Source of the DNA: Escherichia phage vB-Eco-KMB43
Length of the DNA: 64,000 nucleotides
Reading direction: 5' to 3' (one strand)
Sequence record: OR525698.1
The position numbers and the translations under genes are program-made. Position 1 is the first letter of the stretch. Each line of letters starts with the position of its first letter. A model generated the notes under the pieces. That model saw nothing but the letters and a program-made list of their open reading frames with translations. It ran no database searches and was not told the origin of the DNA. Of this stretch, positions 22,619 through 29,195 are shown piece by piece.

Positions 22619-23194
22619 TTATTTTGGATCTGGGAAATTCAATAGAGCATATTCTCCATAAAATTTCCTAGCTGCATTATCATAAGCGATTGCAGCTTCG
22701 ATTTCTGTGTCATATTGTCCAAGAACATGTCTTTGTAGGTTGACCATTATACTAGCTCTCCATTTCTTACGCAAATCCTTCCTGTTACACTTACTAACAC
22801 CCTTATACACACTAGAAAACTTTTTAGACTTCTTCTTTCTATTATGTTGATTTTGCGCGTCGGTTGCCTCCCTAAGATTTGGAGGATTGTTATTAGCAGG
22901 ATTACCGTCAATATGATCAATTAATCTAACTTGCGTCCCATGTTCTAGAAACCAAACAACCCTATGCACGAATAAATGAACTCTAGGAAGACCGTCATCT
23001 CTACTATGCCAAAATCGAAGATGACCATCTTTATTTGTTCTGACTTTAACTAAATCGCCGTGTTTATATCTACTCCCTAATGGTCGTCCTTTGATAGCTT
23101 TACTATCGACTCTATAATATAAGATACCCTCTATATGAGCATATCTAAGTTTTATCTCGTTTTGTAGGGATTCATCCCAATATTTAAAAGCCAT
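22619..23194 (-). CDS. free-standing HNH homing endonuclease with an AP2 domain (second copy)
   Basis: HRVVWFLEHG...IDHIDGNPANNNPPNLREATDAQN (HNH) and YKGVS...WRASI...LGQYDTEIEAAIAYDNAA (AP2). Visibly more AT-rich than its neighbours. Confidence 0.85.
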   Translation of the reverse strand: MAFKYWDESLQNEIKLRYAHIEGILYYRVDSKAIKGRPLGSRYKHGDLVKVRTNKDGHLRFWHSRDDGLPRVHLFVHRVVWFLEHGTQVRLIDHIDGNPANNNPPNLREATDAQNQHNRKKKSKKFSSVYKGVSKCNRKDLRKKWRASIMVNLQRHVLGQYDTEIEAAIAYDNAARKFYGEYALLNFPDPK

Positions 23195-23209
23195 TTTATA
23201 ATCCTCACA

Positions 23210-23231
23210 AAGCCAGCGATTAAGCTGGCTT
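23210..23231 (-). terminator. hairpin after the endolysin gene (weak U-run)
   Basis: AAGCCAGC-TTAATC-GCTGGCTT followed by TGTGAGG. It may be an RNA-stability hairpin rather than a terminator. Confidence 0.45.
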
Positions 23232-23239
23232 GATTTTAG

Positions 23240-23629
23240 TTATACCGGGTCTGGATATACCTTTTTATCGAGTTCCATATGCGGTCCGTCTTTAAAAGTA
23301 ACCCAATCAACACCGCAGATAACAGGAACACCCAATTCTCGACCAGCTTGTTTAAATGCATCCGCGATCATGCGGTAGTATTTCATGTTCCATGTATCCT
23401 TATCTTTCGGATACGCTACAACGTCAACCGCGAAACCGTGAAGATGACGAGATTTCATAGTCTTAGATTTACCTTCCGCAACATATTTCTTTTGCGTTTC
23501 TAGACTACGTACACCTTCCGTAATACCAAAATCGACCGGAGTCAGTTCTAACGCACGATGAACGACTTTTACCAGGTCAGGATGCACACCAACAAGCCGA
23601 TCTTTGCTTCTTTGAGATAATTTAAACAT
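23240..23629 (-). CDS. endolysin, L-alanyl-D-glutamate peptidase (T5 Lys / peptidase M15 type)
   Basis: V.P.L.KV..RALELTP.DF.I.EG.R......KSRH..G.A.D...Y...GPHMELD aligns with recalled T5 endolysin. This type is known for RB49 and RB43. Confidence 0.9.
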   Translation of the reverse strand: MFKLSQRSKDRLVGVHPDLVKVVHRALELTPVDFGITEGVRSLETQKKYVAEGKSKTMKSRHLHGFAVDVVAYPKDKDTWNMKYYRMIADAFKQAGRELGVPVICGVDWVTFKDGPHMELDKKVYPDPV

Positions 23630-23657
23630 TATTCACCCCCTTTGTGAGTGATAATAT

Positions 23658-23849
23658 TTAGATTCCGGCGATCCTGCATAGAGTTCTTGTATTAGCACCA
23701 ATAAGGATAGCATTAACGACAACCATTCCCCAATCAACCCACGGATTATTATAAATGCTAAATCCGTTTGCTAGGCCAAATACAAGCATTCCGGTACACA
23801 TACTCAGAGCAATAATCAACATCACGGTAAAACCAAATGCAAATCTCAT
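23658..23849 (-). CDS. small membrane protein (63 aa, 2 TM)
   Basis: Hydrophobic helices. Immediately upstream of the endolysin. Confidence 0.55.
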   Translation of the reverse strand: MRFAFGFTVMLIIALSMCTGMLVFGLANGFSIYNNPWVDWGMVVVNAILIGANTRTLCRIAGI

Positions 23850-23850
23850 A

Positions 23851-24066
23851 TTATTTTCCTTTTCTCTGTTTACGTTTATAAAAGTAATACATTACCTCAT
23901 CGCGTCCGGTGATCCAACATGCTAGGGCGGTAAACAGGTTTACAATTCCCAACACACCTACGGATGCGGCGCTGTCAACAGACATAGGAACAGTAAAGGC
24001 CATAGCTAACATAGCAACGCCACAAATGACATTAAGCACCATTATAATAAGACCGAAGAAAACCAT
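23851..24066 (-). CDS. small membrane protein (71 aa) with a basic C-tail
   Basis: Start moved to ATG 24066 after GGAGGATTGACA. Two TM helices and a KRKQRKGK tail. Confidence 0.55.
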   Translation of the reverse strand: MVFFGLIIMVLNVICGVAMLAMAFTVPMSVDSAASVGVLGIVNLFTALACWITGRDEVMYYFYKRKQRKGK

Positions 24067-24068
24067 TG

Positions 24069-24248
24069 TCAATCCTCCGACACAAGAAAACCAACAATCA
24101 CGCCAGTGATAAGACATGATGCGCCGCTAATCAGACAACCCGCACCAAGTGATTCCCACCAGATCAGAGAAGCGACAATAACACAGAATCCCCACACTAC
24201 CGCAATCACAACATAGGCAAGGGTCGCCCAAAACATATATTTGTTCAT
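24069..24248 (-). CDS. small membrane protein (59 aa)
   Basis: ATGA overlap at 24248. Two TM helices. Confidence 0.55.
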   Translation of the reverse strand: MNKYMFWATLAYVVIAVVWGFCVIVASLIWWESLGAGCLISGASCLITGVIVGFLVSED

Positions 24249-24433
24249 AATAAATCCCATTCACCAAACAAATAAGAAAAAAGCCATATCAACAGAAACG
24301 AGGCAATTGATCCGACAAGCAAAATGATATTAGAGAATCCGCCGTCTATCCAGGCGACAAAACAGAATACACCAGTATAGAAGCATAAACCCATTACAAA
24401 ACATACTATAAGCAACCATAGACAAAACGCCAT
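24245..24433 (-). CDS. small membrane protein (62 aa)
   Basis: SD GGAGGGCTTTCT. Two TM helices. Confidence 0.55.
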   Translation of the reverse strand: MAFCLWLLIVCFVMGLCFYTGVFCFVAWIDGGFSNIILLVGSIASFLLIWLFSYLFGEWDLL

Positions 24434-24494
24434 AGAAAGCCCTCCAGTGAGCTAATTTAGTGCGGGTAGTACATTACCCTACCCGTATTGTTAA

Positions 24495-24653
24495 TCATCG
24501 CAGAGCTTCTTCTAGCGCGATCCCAAACCATCCACAAACAACGCCCATACAGACAGCTACAAGAAGATTCATTCTCTCTTTAGGGATCATTGCAATCATA
24601 ACAACAACCATACAGAAAGCCATTACCATTGAAGTTAACATTTGTTCAACCAT
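24495..24653 (-). CDS. small membrane protein (52 aa), not in the ORF track
   Basis: MVEQMLTSMVMAFCMVVVMIAMIPKERMNLLVAVCMGVVCGWFGIALEEALR. ATG lies 3 nt after the upstream stop (TGATAAATG). Confidence 0.45.
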   Translation of the reverse strand: MVEQMLTSMVMAFCMVVVMIAMIPKERMNLLVAVCMGVVCGWFGIALEEALR

Positions 24654-24656
24654 TTA

Positions 24657-24971
24657 TCACACCTTTAAAGTCATAGACGCATAAACATTAATGCCAGGCC
24701 AGTTAGGATCGCAATTATACTCAACATCCCACAAATAAAGCGGTTTAGATGTATCAGCCAAGTTTTTAAAATCTTCTACCCACATTTCAAGGCTATATGA
24801 TGGATAAACTAGGCTATCATATCCGCCGTAACGTTGGCCTACTGGTCGGTCAGTAAAAACTACCTCAAGATCCGGTAATTCTTTTTCAAGGATAACCGCC
24901 AGCGCATAAATCAGACGGTCTTCCTTGTTACGCTGCCGAAGGACCGTTGTCAGTTGGTTTTTCTGGTTCAC
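24657..24971 (-). CDS. hypothetical protein (~104 aa)
   Basis: The ORF track starts at 24995. GTG 24971 follows GGAGGTGCTTGCTA. The start is uncertain and the gene overlaps the upstream gene. Confidence 0.55.
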   Translation of the reverse strand: MNQKNQLTTVLRQRNKEDRLIYALAVILEKELPDLEVVFTDRPVGQRYGGYDSLVYPSYSLEMWVEDFKNLADTSKPLYLWDVEYNCDPNWPGINVYASMTLKV

Positions 24972-25248
24972 TAGCAAGCACCTCCACATTTTCACAGAAT
25001 GAAATTTTCACAGACACAATTTTACCATAAGTGAAGAATGAATATACATTATCGAGATATTCAACGTCACCTACAATCACATCAAACTGCGGATCAGCAA
25101 CCACCGCAACATATTCTACCAGTTCATCAAGAGAATGCAACTTAATTTCATCAATTCGGCTGTATTTGGTCGCATCTTTAATTTTAAAACCAAGTTCTTT
25201 CAGCTTGTCAATCAGAATTTCACGCGGAGTTTCAAACAGTTTGCTCAT
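24928..25248 (-). CDS. hypothetical protein (106 aa)
   Basis: ORF with SD GAGGATTATATT. Confidence 0.6.
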   Translation of the reverse strand: MSKLFETPREILIDKLKELGFKIKDATKYSRIDEIKLHSLDELVEYVAVVADPQFDVIVGDVEYLDNVYSFFTYGKIVSVKISFCENVEVLASEPEKPTDNGPSAA

Positions 25249-25269
25249 AATATAATCCTCACATTAAAT

Positions 25270-25467
25270 CTAAAATTTGTTAACGACGAATTGCATAATT
25301 AGACTAATCACAAACATTGCAAACCAAGTATAAATGCAACAGATAAAAGCTACATACAATTCAATCTGGTCAGAGAATACACCGGGTAAAAGCATTAGCA
25401 AAATAACAACAGTAAAGACGCTAGCGATACCCGCAACAAAACCAATATCATTTTTACTAATCGTCAT
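25270..25467 (-). CDS. small membrane protein (65 aa)
   Basis: ATG 25467 overlaps the upstream TGA. Two TM helices. Confidence 0.55.
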   Translation of the reverse strand: MTISKNDIGFVAGIASVFTVVILLMLLPGVFSDQIELYVAFICCIYTWFAMFVISLIMQFVVNKF

Positions 25468-25664
25468 CAAGTCACCGTTTTGTAAAGAAACACAATAAAA
25501 TCCCAGACAAAAAAGACAGTGAAAATAATCATCGTCAAGACAATAAACACTGTCAGATTTTCATCGTTAGTTAATTCATGACCGTCCATCCATATAATCA
25601 CCAGATAAAACATCGAAATCAAGGAGGCGAATACCAAATTATAAAACTCTTCCTTTAATGACAT
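25467..25664 (-). CDS. small membrane protein (65 aa)
   Basis: Two TM helices. Tightly packed against its neighbours. Confidence 0.55.
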   Translation of the reverse strand: MSLKEEFYNLVFASLISMFYLVIIWMDGHELTNDENLTVFIVLTMIIFTVFFVWDFIVFLYKTVT

Positions 25665-25665
25665 A

Positions 25666-25848
25666 CTACACCTCGTCGCGGCTTAAGTCAACAGCAATTG
25701 CATACAGCATAATTAATATGCTAGCAGATCCGAGAATCAATGCACCCTCACATTTTGAAACTCGCTCATCAAAATGTAACATTATCCATCCGAGGATGTT
25801 AAAGGCGCAGACCGCGCCTATGTTCGCTAACCAATTAATCTTTTTCAT
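25666..25848 (-). CDS. small membrane protein (60 aa)
   Basis: Two TM helices. Confidence 0.55.
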   Translation of the reverse strand: MKKINWLANIGAVCAFNILGWIMLHFDERVSKCEGALILGSASILIMLYAIAVDLSRDEV

Positions 25849-25856
25849 AATATACC

Positions 25857-26183
25857 TTAGAAAGAAACAGTTTTCAAGAAATCCAGATTTTTAGTACCGA
25901 AAACAGAAAAGTAGTGTTCTCCTTTTTCGGTTTTAGAGAAAGCGATTGTCTTCTCTACATGGTGACGGAAGCCAGACAGACGATCACCCAGGTCAAGGCG
26001 GCAAGCGTAAGTAGTGCCGTTTTCGAAAGTAACCTCGATTTGAGTTTTGTCATATTCGCTTTCATAGGCTTTTGCTGCTGCGTCCTGTGCTTTACGCTCG
26101 AAGTCTTCGAAGTGGAATACTTCGTTTGCGTTAGCGAATACAGAAGATTCAGAGAAGATAACTTTAACAGATACTGGTTTCAT
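25857..26183 (-). CDS. hypothetical protein (108 aa)
   Basis: First gene behind promoter cassette 26226..26254. Confidence 0.65.
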   Translation of the reverse strand: MKPVSVKVIFSESSVFANANEVFHFEDFERKAQDAAAKAYESEYDKTQIEVTFENGTTYACRLDLGDRLSGFRHHVEKTIAFSKTEKGEHYFSVFGTKNLDFLKTVSF

Positions 26184-26203
26184 TTTGATACTCCTTAGTA
26201 GTT

Positions 26204-26236
26204 CGTGTTTCGTTTCGATGGGTGTATTATGCTATA
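26204..26236 (-). repeat. 33-bp perfect direct repeat, copy 1 (cassette leader plus -10)
   Basis: cgtgtttcgtttcgatgggtgtattatgctata is identical to 27182..27214. Confidence 0.9.
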
Positions 26237-26254
26237 CACCCTCTCTCGTGTCAA
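26226..26254 (-). promoter_or_regulatory. sigma70-type early promoter cassette
   Basis: TTGACA-17-CATAAT. Leader ACACCCATCGAAACGAAACACG. Confidence 0.8.
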
Positions 26255-26262
26255 CAACTTTT

Positions 26263-26451
26263 TTAGTCTTTTTTCATAATTTCTAGAGCTGTTTCTACAG
26301 CACCTTTCCAACCCTCCCACATAATGGACATAGTAAGGAAGTTAAAGCACCCGCAGGAATCAACCTTTTTAGAGATAAACCATTCTACAAACGCTTCGCT
26401 CATACCATGCTCTTTAGCGGATTCGCGTAATTGTTCAATTTGGTCTTCCAT
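26263..26451 (-). CDS. hypothetical protein (62 aa)
   Basis: ORF whose stop sits right before the -35 of the next cassette. Confidence 0.55.
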   Translation of the reverse strand: MEDQIEQLRESAKEHGMSEAFVEWFISKKVDSCGCFNFLTMSIMWEGWKGAVETALEIMKKD

Positions 26452-26473
26452 AGTATCACCTCAACACTTAACG

Positions 26474-26668
26474 TTATTCAAACTCAAACGGTCTATTCAA
26501 CCTATTGTAAAAGTACATATAACAAGCAAAATTATGCTTTGGCTGTACCGTATCAGATAGACACGCTTTTACAGCCTCGCGGTCCGATGGGTCTACACCC
26601 TCAGCTTTAAGTAATGCTAAAATCTGGTTATAGCGTACTCTTAGTTGTACTAATGGTTTATCCCCCAT
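26474..26668 (-). CDS. hypothetical protein (64 aa)
   Basis: ORF in the same operon. Confidence 0.55.
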   Translation of the reverse strand: MGDKPLVQLRVRYNQILALLKAEGVDPSDREAVKACLSDTVQPKHNFACYMYFYNRLNRPFEFE

Positions 26669-26677
26669 ATTACCCCC

Positions 26678-26905
26678 TTATAGTTGATCAGCAATGTATG
26701 CGGTGCATTTGCGGAGTTTAGCCATAGCACCACCTTTCATGTCGCTTGCGCCTACAATGTTCATGATCTCTAAGCGATCAGCCGGATTCAGTCTAGTAGC
26801 CCAGATCTGGTTAGCCAGTTCCATTTTACCCATCTGCGGTTCCATCTCAAACATTTCACGCTCAAAGTCGATAATTTCTTTTGCTGCGTCTTTAAAGTTA
26901 ATCAT
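26678..26905 (-). CDS. hypothetical protein (75 aa)
   Basis: First gene behind promoter cassette 26935..26963. Confidence 0.6.
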   Translation of the reverse strand: MINFKDAAKEIIDFEREMFEMEPQMGKMELANQIWATRLNPADRLEIMNIVGASDMKGGAMAKLRKCTAYIADQL

Positions 26906-26934
26906 TTTGGTCCTCCCGTTTCGTTGATGGTTGT

Positions 26935-26963
26935 ATTGTAGGGGAGTTATCCTCCCATGTCAA
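26935..26963 (-). promoter_or_regulatory. sigma70-type early promoter cassette
   Basis: TTGACA-17-TACAAT. Spacer hairpin GGGAG-GATAA-CTCCC. Confidence 0.7.
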
Positions 26964-26971
26964 CACTTTTA

Positions 26972-27157
26972 TCAGAAATATGCAATATAGTTTGCCAGTC
27001 CTACAGAGTCATCATTCGGCATTGCTTTTACCGCCAGTTCAAACCCTGCTTCAACTTTCTGTTTAGCGGATTCTTCGTTATAACCCCAGATGACCAGAAT
27101 AGCTACTACGTTTTCTTTGCTTACTGCTTTCAGTGCTTTAGTGATGCGACGTGCCAT
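26972..27157 (-). CDS. hypothetical protein (61 aa)
   Basis: Single gene behind promoter cassette 27204..27232. Confidence 0.6.
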   Translation of the reverse strand: MARRITKALKAVSKENVVAILVIWGYNEESAKQKVEAGFELAVKAMPNDDSVGLANYIAYF

Positions 27158-27181
27158 AATTTGATTCTCCGTTTAAGAAAG

Positions 27182-27214
27182 CGTGTTTCGTTTCGATGGG
27201 TGTATTATGCTATA
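27182..27214 (-). repeat. 33-bp perfect direct repeat, copy 2
   Basis: Identical to 26204..26236, 978 bp away. Confidence 0.9.
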
Positions 27215-27232
27215 GGCGTGATCTGGTGTCAA
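27204..27232 (-). promoter_or_regulatory. sigma70-type early promoter cassette
   Basis: TTGACA-17-CATAAT, directly after terminator 27259..27286. The leader is identical over 33 nt to cassette 26226..26254. Confidence 0.8.
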
Positions 27233-27258
27233 CAACTTTTTTAAAAAAATTTTAGGCA

Positions 27259-27286
27259 ATAAAAAAGCCACTCCGAAGAGTGGCTT
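27259..27286 (-). terminator. intrinsic terminator with a C(UUCG)G tetraloop
   Basis: GCCACTC-TTCG-GAGTGGC followed by TTTTTTATT. Confidence 0.85.
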
Positions 27287-27430
27287 ATAGGGAAGGTAGC
27301 GAATCTTCCTTGTCTCCAACCTGCTAGCGGCCTAGCAAGTGAATGCTTTAGCGTACCGGATCACCCCATACGCTGTAATAAATGCGGCTAGGTGACGTCC
27401 AAATCATTCTAACCGCGCTGTCTTTAGTTC
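27259..27430 (-). ncRNA. candidate late-expressed structured small RNA (~170 nt)
   Basis: TATAAATA (27436..27443, minus strand) lies upstream. Four consecutive hairpins follow and the region ends in a C(UUCG)G intrinsic terminator plus U-run. There is no convincing ORF or SD. Confidence 0.35.
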
Positions 27431-27434
27431 ACTA

Positions 27435-27653
27435 TTATTTATATCGCTTTCTCTCGCGACGTTTTTGATCTTCTTCCTTGATAGAGTTAAACGCATCAAA
27501 AAGACACATGACACTGATAATGAACATAACCGTATTTTCTACGATATCCCACGGCTTCGCATCAGTACAGATCCCCCAAACGGTAAGAAATGCAAATAGT
27601 GCAGAAGAGATCACAAGCATGATACTTGCTAAGATATAAAAAGTCATTTTCAT
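27435..27653 (-). CDS. small membrane protein (72 aa) with a basic tail
   Basis: Two TM helices and a QKRRERKRYK tail. ATGA overlap with the upstream gene. Confidence 0.55.
   Translation of the reverse strand: MKMTFYILASIMLVISSALFAFLTVWGICTDAKPWDIVENTVMFIISVMCLFDAFNSIKEEDQKRRERKRYK
27436..27443 (-). promoter_or_regulatory. T4-type late promoter motif TATAAATA
   Basis: Exact TATAAATA on the minus strand. Overlaps the stop codon of ORF 27435..27653 and faces the ORF-free structured region. Confidence 0.5.
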
Positions 27654-27832
27654 GGTTTTACCTCAATTCTTCGATATTCATCACACATCCACGCAGTAAG
27701 CAAGAATCCCAGCACATAAGCAACAAAATACGTTAATGCTTCTTCTGGTTCGGTGCTATGCGCCATCATCAGACCAGCGAGAAAGGTCTTAACAATTACA
27801 TTTAAAATAATTAGCCACGCAAATAATTTCAT
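27650..27832 (-). CDS. small membrane protein (60 aa)
   Basis: ATGA overlap at 27832. Two TM helices. Confidence 0.55.
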   Translation of the reverse strand: MKLFAWLIILNVIVKTFLAGLMMAHSTEPEEALTYFVAYVLGFLLTAWMCDEYRRIEVKP

Positions 27833-28053
27833 CGTTTGCCCCATTTCGGTCGAGTCTTTTCAAACTTATACATCCCGTAACAATCTCGAATCATCCACGT
27901 AACAAGAGCACCAGTCAACACAGACAATACACAGAAGAAGTAAAACGGTCCGGTTGCATTATCAACATGAGCAAGCCAGGTAAAGAAAACACATGCTAAG
28001 AATGTGAAGAACATCATAAAACACAAGAAAGCAAAATATTTTATGCTACTCAT
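27829..28053 (-). CDS. small membrane protein (74 aa)
   Basis: ATG 28053 follows GGTGGCGCT. Two TM helices. Confidence 0.55.
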   Translation of the reverse strand: MSSIKYFAFLCFMMFFTFLACVFFTWLAHVDNATGPFYFFCVLSVLTGALVTWMIRDCYGMYKFEKTRPKWGKR

Positions 28054-28160
28054 AGCGCCACCATACAACAGATCATAAGAAAACCCAACGCAATAAGAAT
28101 TGCATCAAATTTAGTGAACTCCGGTCCACATATCAACATCATTCGTTCCTGTTCATTCAT
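28050..28160 (-). CDS. micro membrane protein (36 aa), not in the ORF track
   Basis: MNEQERMMLICGPEFTKFDAILIALGFLMICCMVAL. ATGA overlaps at both ends (28157..28160 and 28050..28053). Confidence 0.4.
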   Translation of the reverse strand: MNEQERMMLICGPEFTKFDAILIALGFLMICCMVAL

Positions 28161-28354
28161 AGATCACAGAGCCATCTTAAAGCACCACATAAAGCGAGCA
28201 GAATACTAGGTATAAACGAGATCAAAACAAGTTTGCAAAAATCATCTAAGGTAATACCGGAATAGATACCAACTGTAACAACACCGATCATCAGACACAG
28301 AAAGAAAACAAATGCAATCAGAAACAAAGTATTGCTAAACAGTTTAGTGATCAT
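28157..28354 (-). CDS. small membrane protein (65 aa; 80 aa if ATG 28399 is used)
   Basis: Two TM helices. ATG 28354 follows GGGGTG, which gives an 11-nt rather than a 56-nt overlap with the upstream ORF. Confidence 0.5.
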   Translation of the reverse strand: MITKLFSNTLFLIAFVFFLCLMIGVVTVGIYSGITLDDFCKLVLISFIPSILLALCGALRWLCDL

Positions 28355-28547
28355 TAGACACCCCACGACGATCAATTTCAAAAACTTTTTTATCATCAAC
28401 GAAGCATGTCACAACTGCCTCGTTGACTTCCGCAAATTGTTGTGTTACCCACTTAAGGTCAGAGCGAAACAATGTTCTATTAATAACAAATGTTTTACCT
28501 TTCTTATCCATACCCATAAATTTTGCTTTAACCATATCCAATTCCAT
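28344..28547 (-). CDS. hypothetical protein (67 aa)
   Basis: ORF with SD AAGGTGATAAT. Confidence 0.55.
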   Translation of the reverse strand: MELDMVKAKFMGMDKKGKTFVINRTLFRSDLKWVTQQFAEVNEAVVTCFVDDKKVFEIDRRGVSNDH

Positions 28548-28556
28548 ATTATCACC

Positions 28557-28715
28557 TTATTTGCTAATCGCTAAACCCAATCCGAAGAGAGCACCCGATG
28601 CTACAGTATACCCGAAAGTTTCAAAGGCAGTAAAGATATCTAAGCCGCCAGCTAACAGAGTTGCAGTAAACAGAGTACCAGCTACGAACATAAAAGTTTT
28701 ACCGATAAATTTCAT
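28557..28715 (-). CDS. small membrane protein (52 aa), not in the ORF track
   Basis: MKFIGKTFMFVAGTLFTATLLAGGLDIFTAFETFGYTVASGALFGLGLAISK. ATG 28715 follows AAGGAGAATCAAA and sits behind cassette 28738..28766. Confidence 0.5.
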   Translation of the reverse strand: MKFIGKTFMFVAGTLFTATLLAGGLDIFTAFETFGYTVASGALFGLGLAISK

Positions 28716-28737
28716 TTTGATTCTCCTTTCGTTTGTT

Positions 28738-28766
28738 TGTGGGGGGTATCTTACTACCCCCGTTTC
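28738..28766 (-). promoter_or_regulatory. sigma70-type early promoter cassette
   Basis: TTGACA-17-TAAGAT. Inverted repeat GGGGGTA/TACCCCC flanks the -10. Confidence 0.75.
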
Positions 28767-28782
28767 ATGTTGTCAACTGTTT

Positions 28783-29157
28783 TTAAGAAAATTTTACTTC
28801 GTCTACAATGTCTTTCATGACATTGATTTCCATTCCGGTCAGAACACGTTGGAACATGTGCTGCACATACGCTTTCAGGTATTCATTTGATGGCTTGCTA
28901 TCGAAAGTCTTTTTAGTGTAGTAGTCATCACCGAAAGCTACTGTAATTACATTTTCGTCGTCGTTCCAAGCGATATAAGCAAATTTGCCGTTATCCCAGA
29001 AGCGAGCACTAATTGCTACTTTTGTTGAATCGAATCCTACTTCGCTGTGAGATTCAAGAACTACTTGCGTGCCAGTTTCTTTATGAATGTAGTAGCGGGA
29101 TACTAAGTCAAAGTTACGGGTGTAGTGACATTCGAATTTATCTTTAAACATCATCAT
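28783..29157 (-). CDS. hypothetical protein (124 aa)
   Basis: Single gene behind promoter cassette 29196..29224. Confidence 0.65.
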   Translation of the reverse strand: MMMFKDKFECHYTRNFDLVSRYYIHKETGTQVVLESHSEVGFDSTKVAISARFWDNGKFAYIAWNDDENVITVAFGDDYYTKKTFDSKPSNEYLKAYVQHMFQRVLTGMEINVMKDIVDEVKFS

Positions 29158-29195
29158 TTTTGATTCTCCTAAGTGTGTTTCGTTTCGATATGTGC

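Noticed and set aside
27287-27434. Possible tRNA in the structured gap; the same was considered for 15663..15894.
   Set aside because: I could not build a cloverleaf. There is no 7-bp acceptor pairing. The only T-arm-like hairpin (GGAAG-ATTCGCTAC-CTTCC) has a 9-nt loop without the TTCRANY pattern. No D-arm consensus is present. A tRNAscan-SE run would settle this.
28423-28890. 155-aa plus-strand ORF. Other plus-strand ORFs inside the minus-strand early region were also considered (for example 2561..2950, 3306..3611, 17302..17652, 18469..18783, 21681..21965 and 24460..24684).
   Set aside because: All are antisense to well-supported minus-strand genes. They cross promoter cassettes and terminators, lack SD sequences, and have low-complexity or odd composition. 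I treat them as shadow ORFs.
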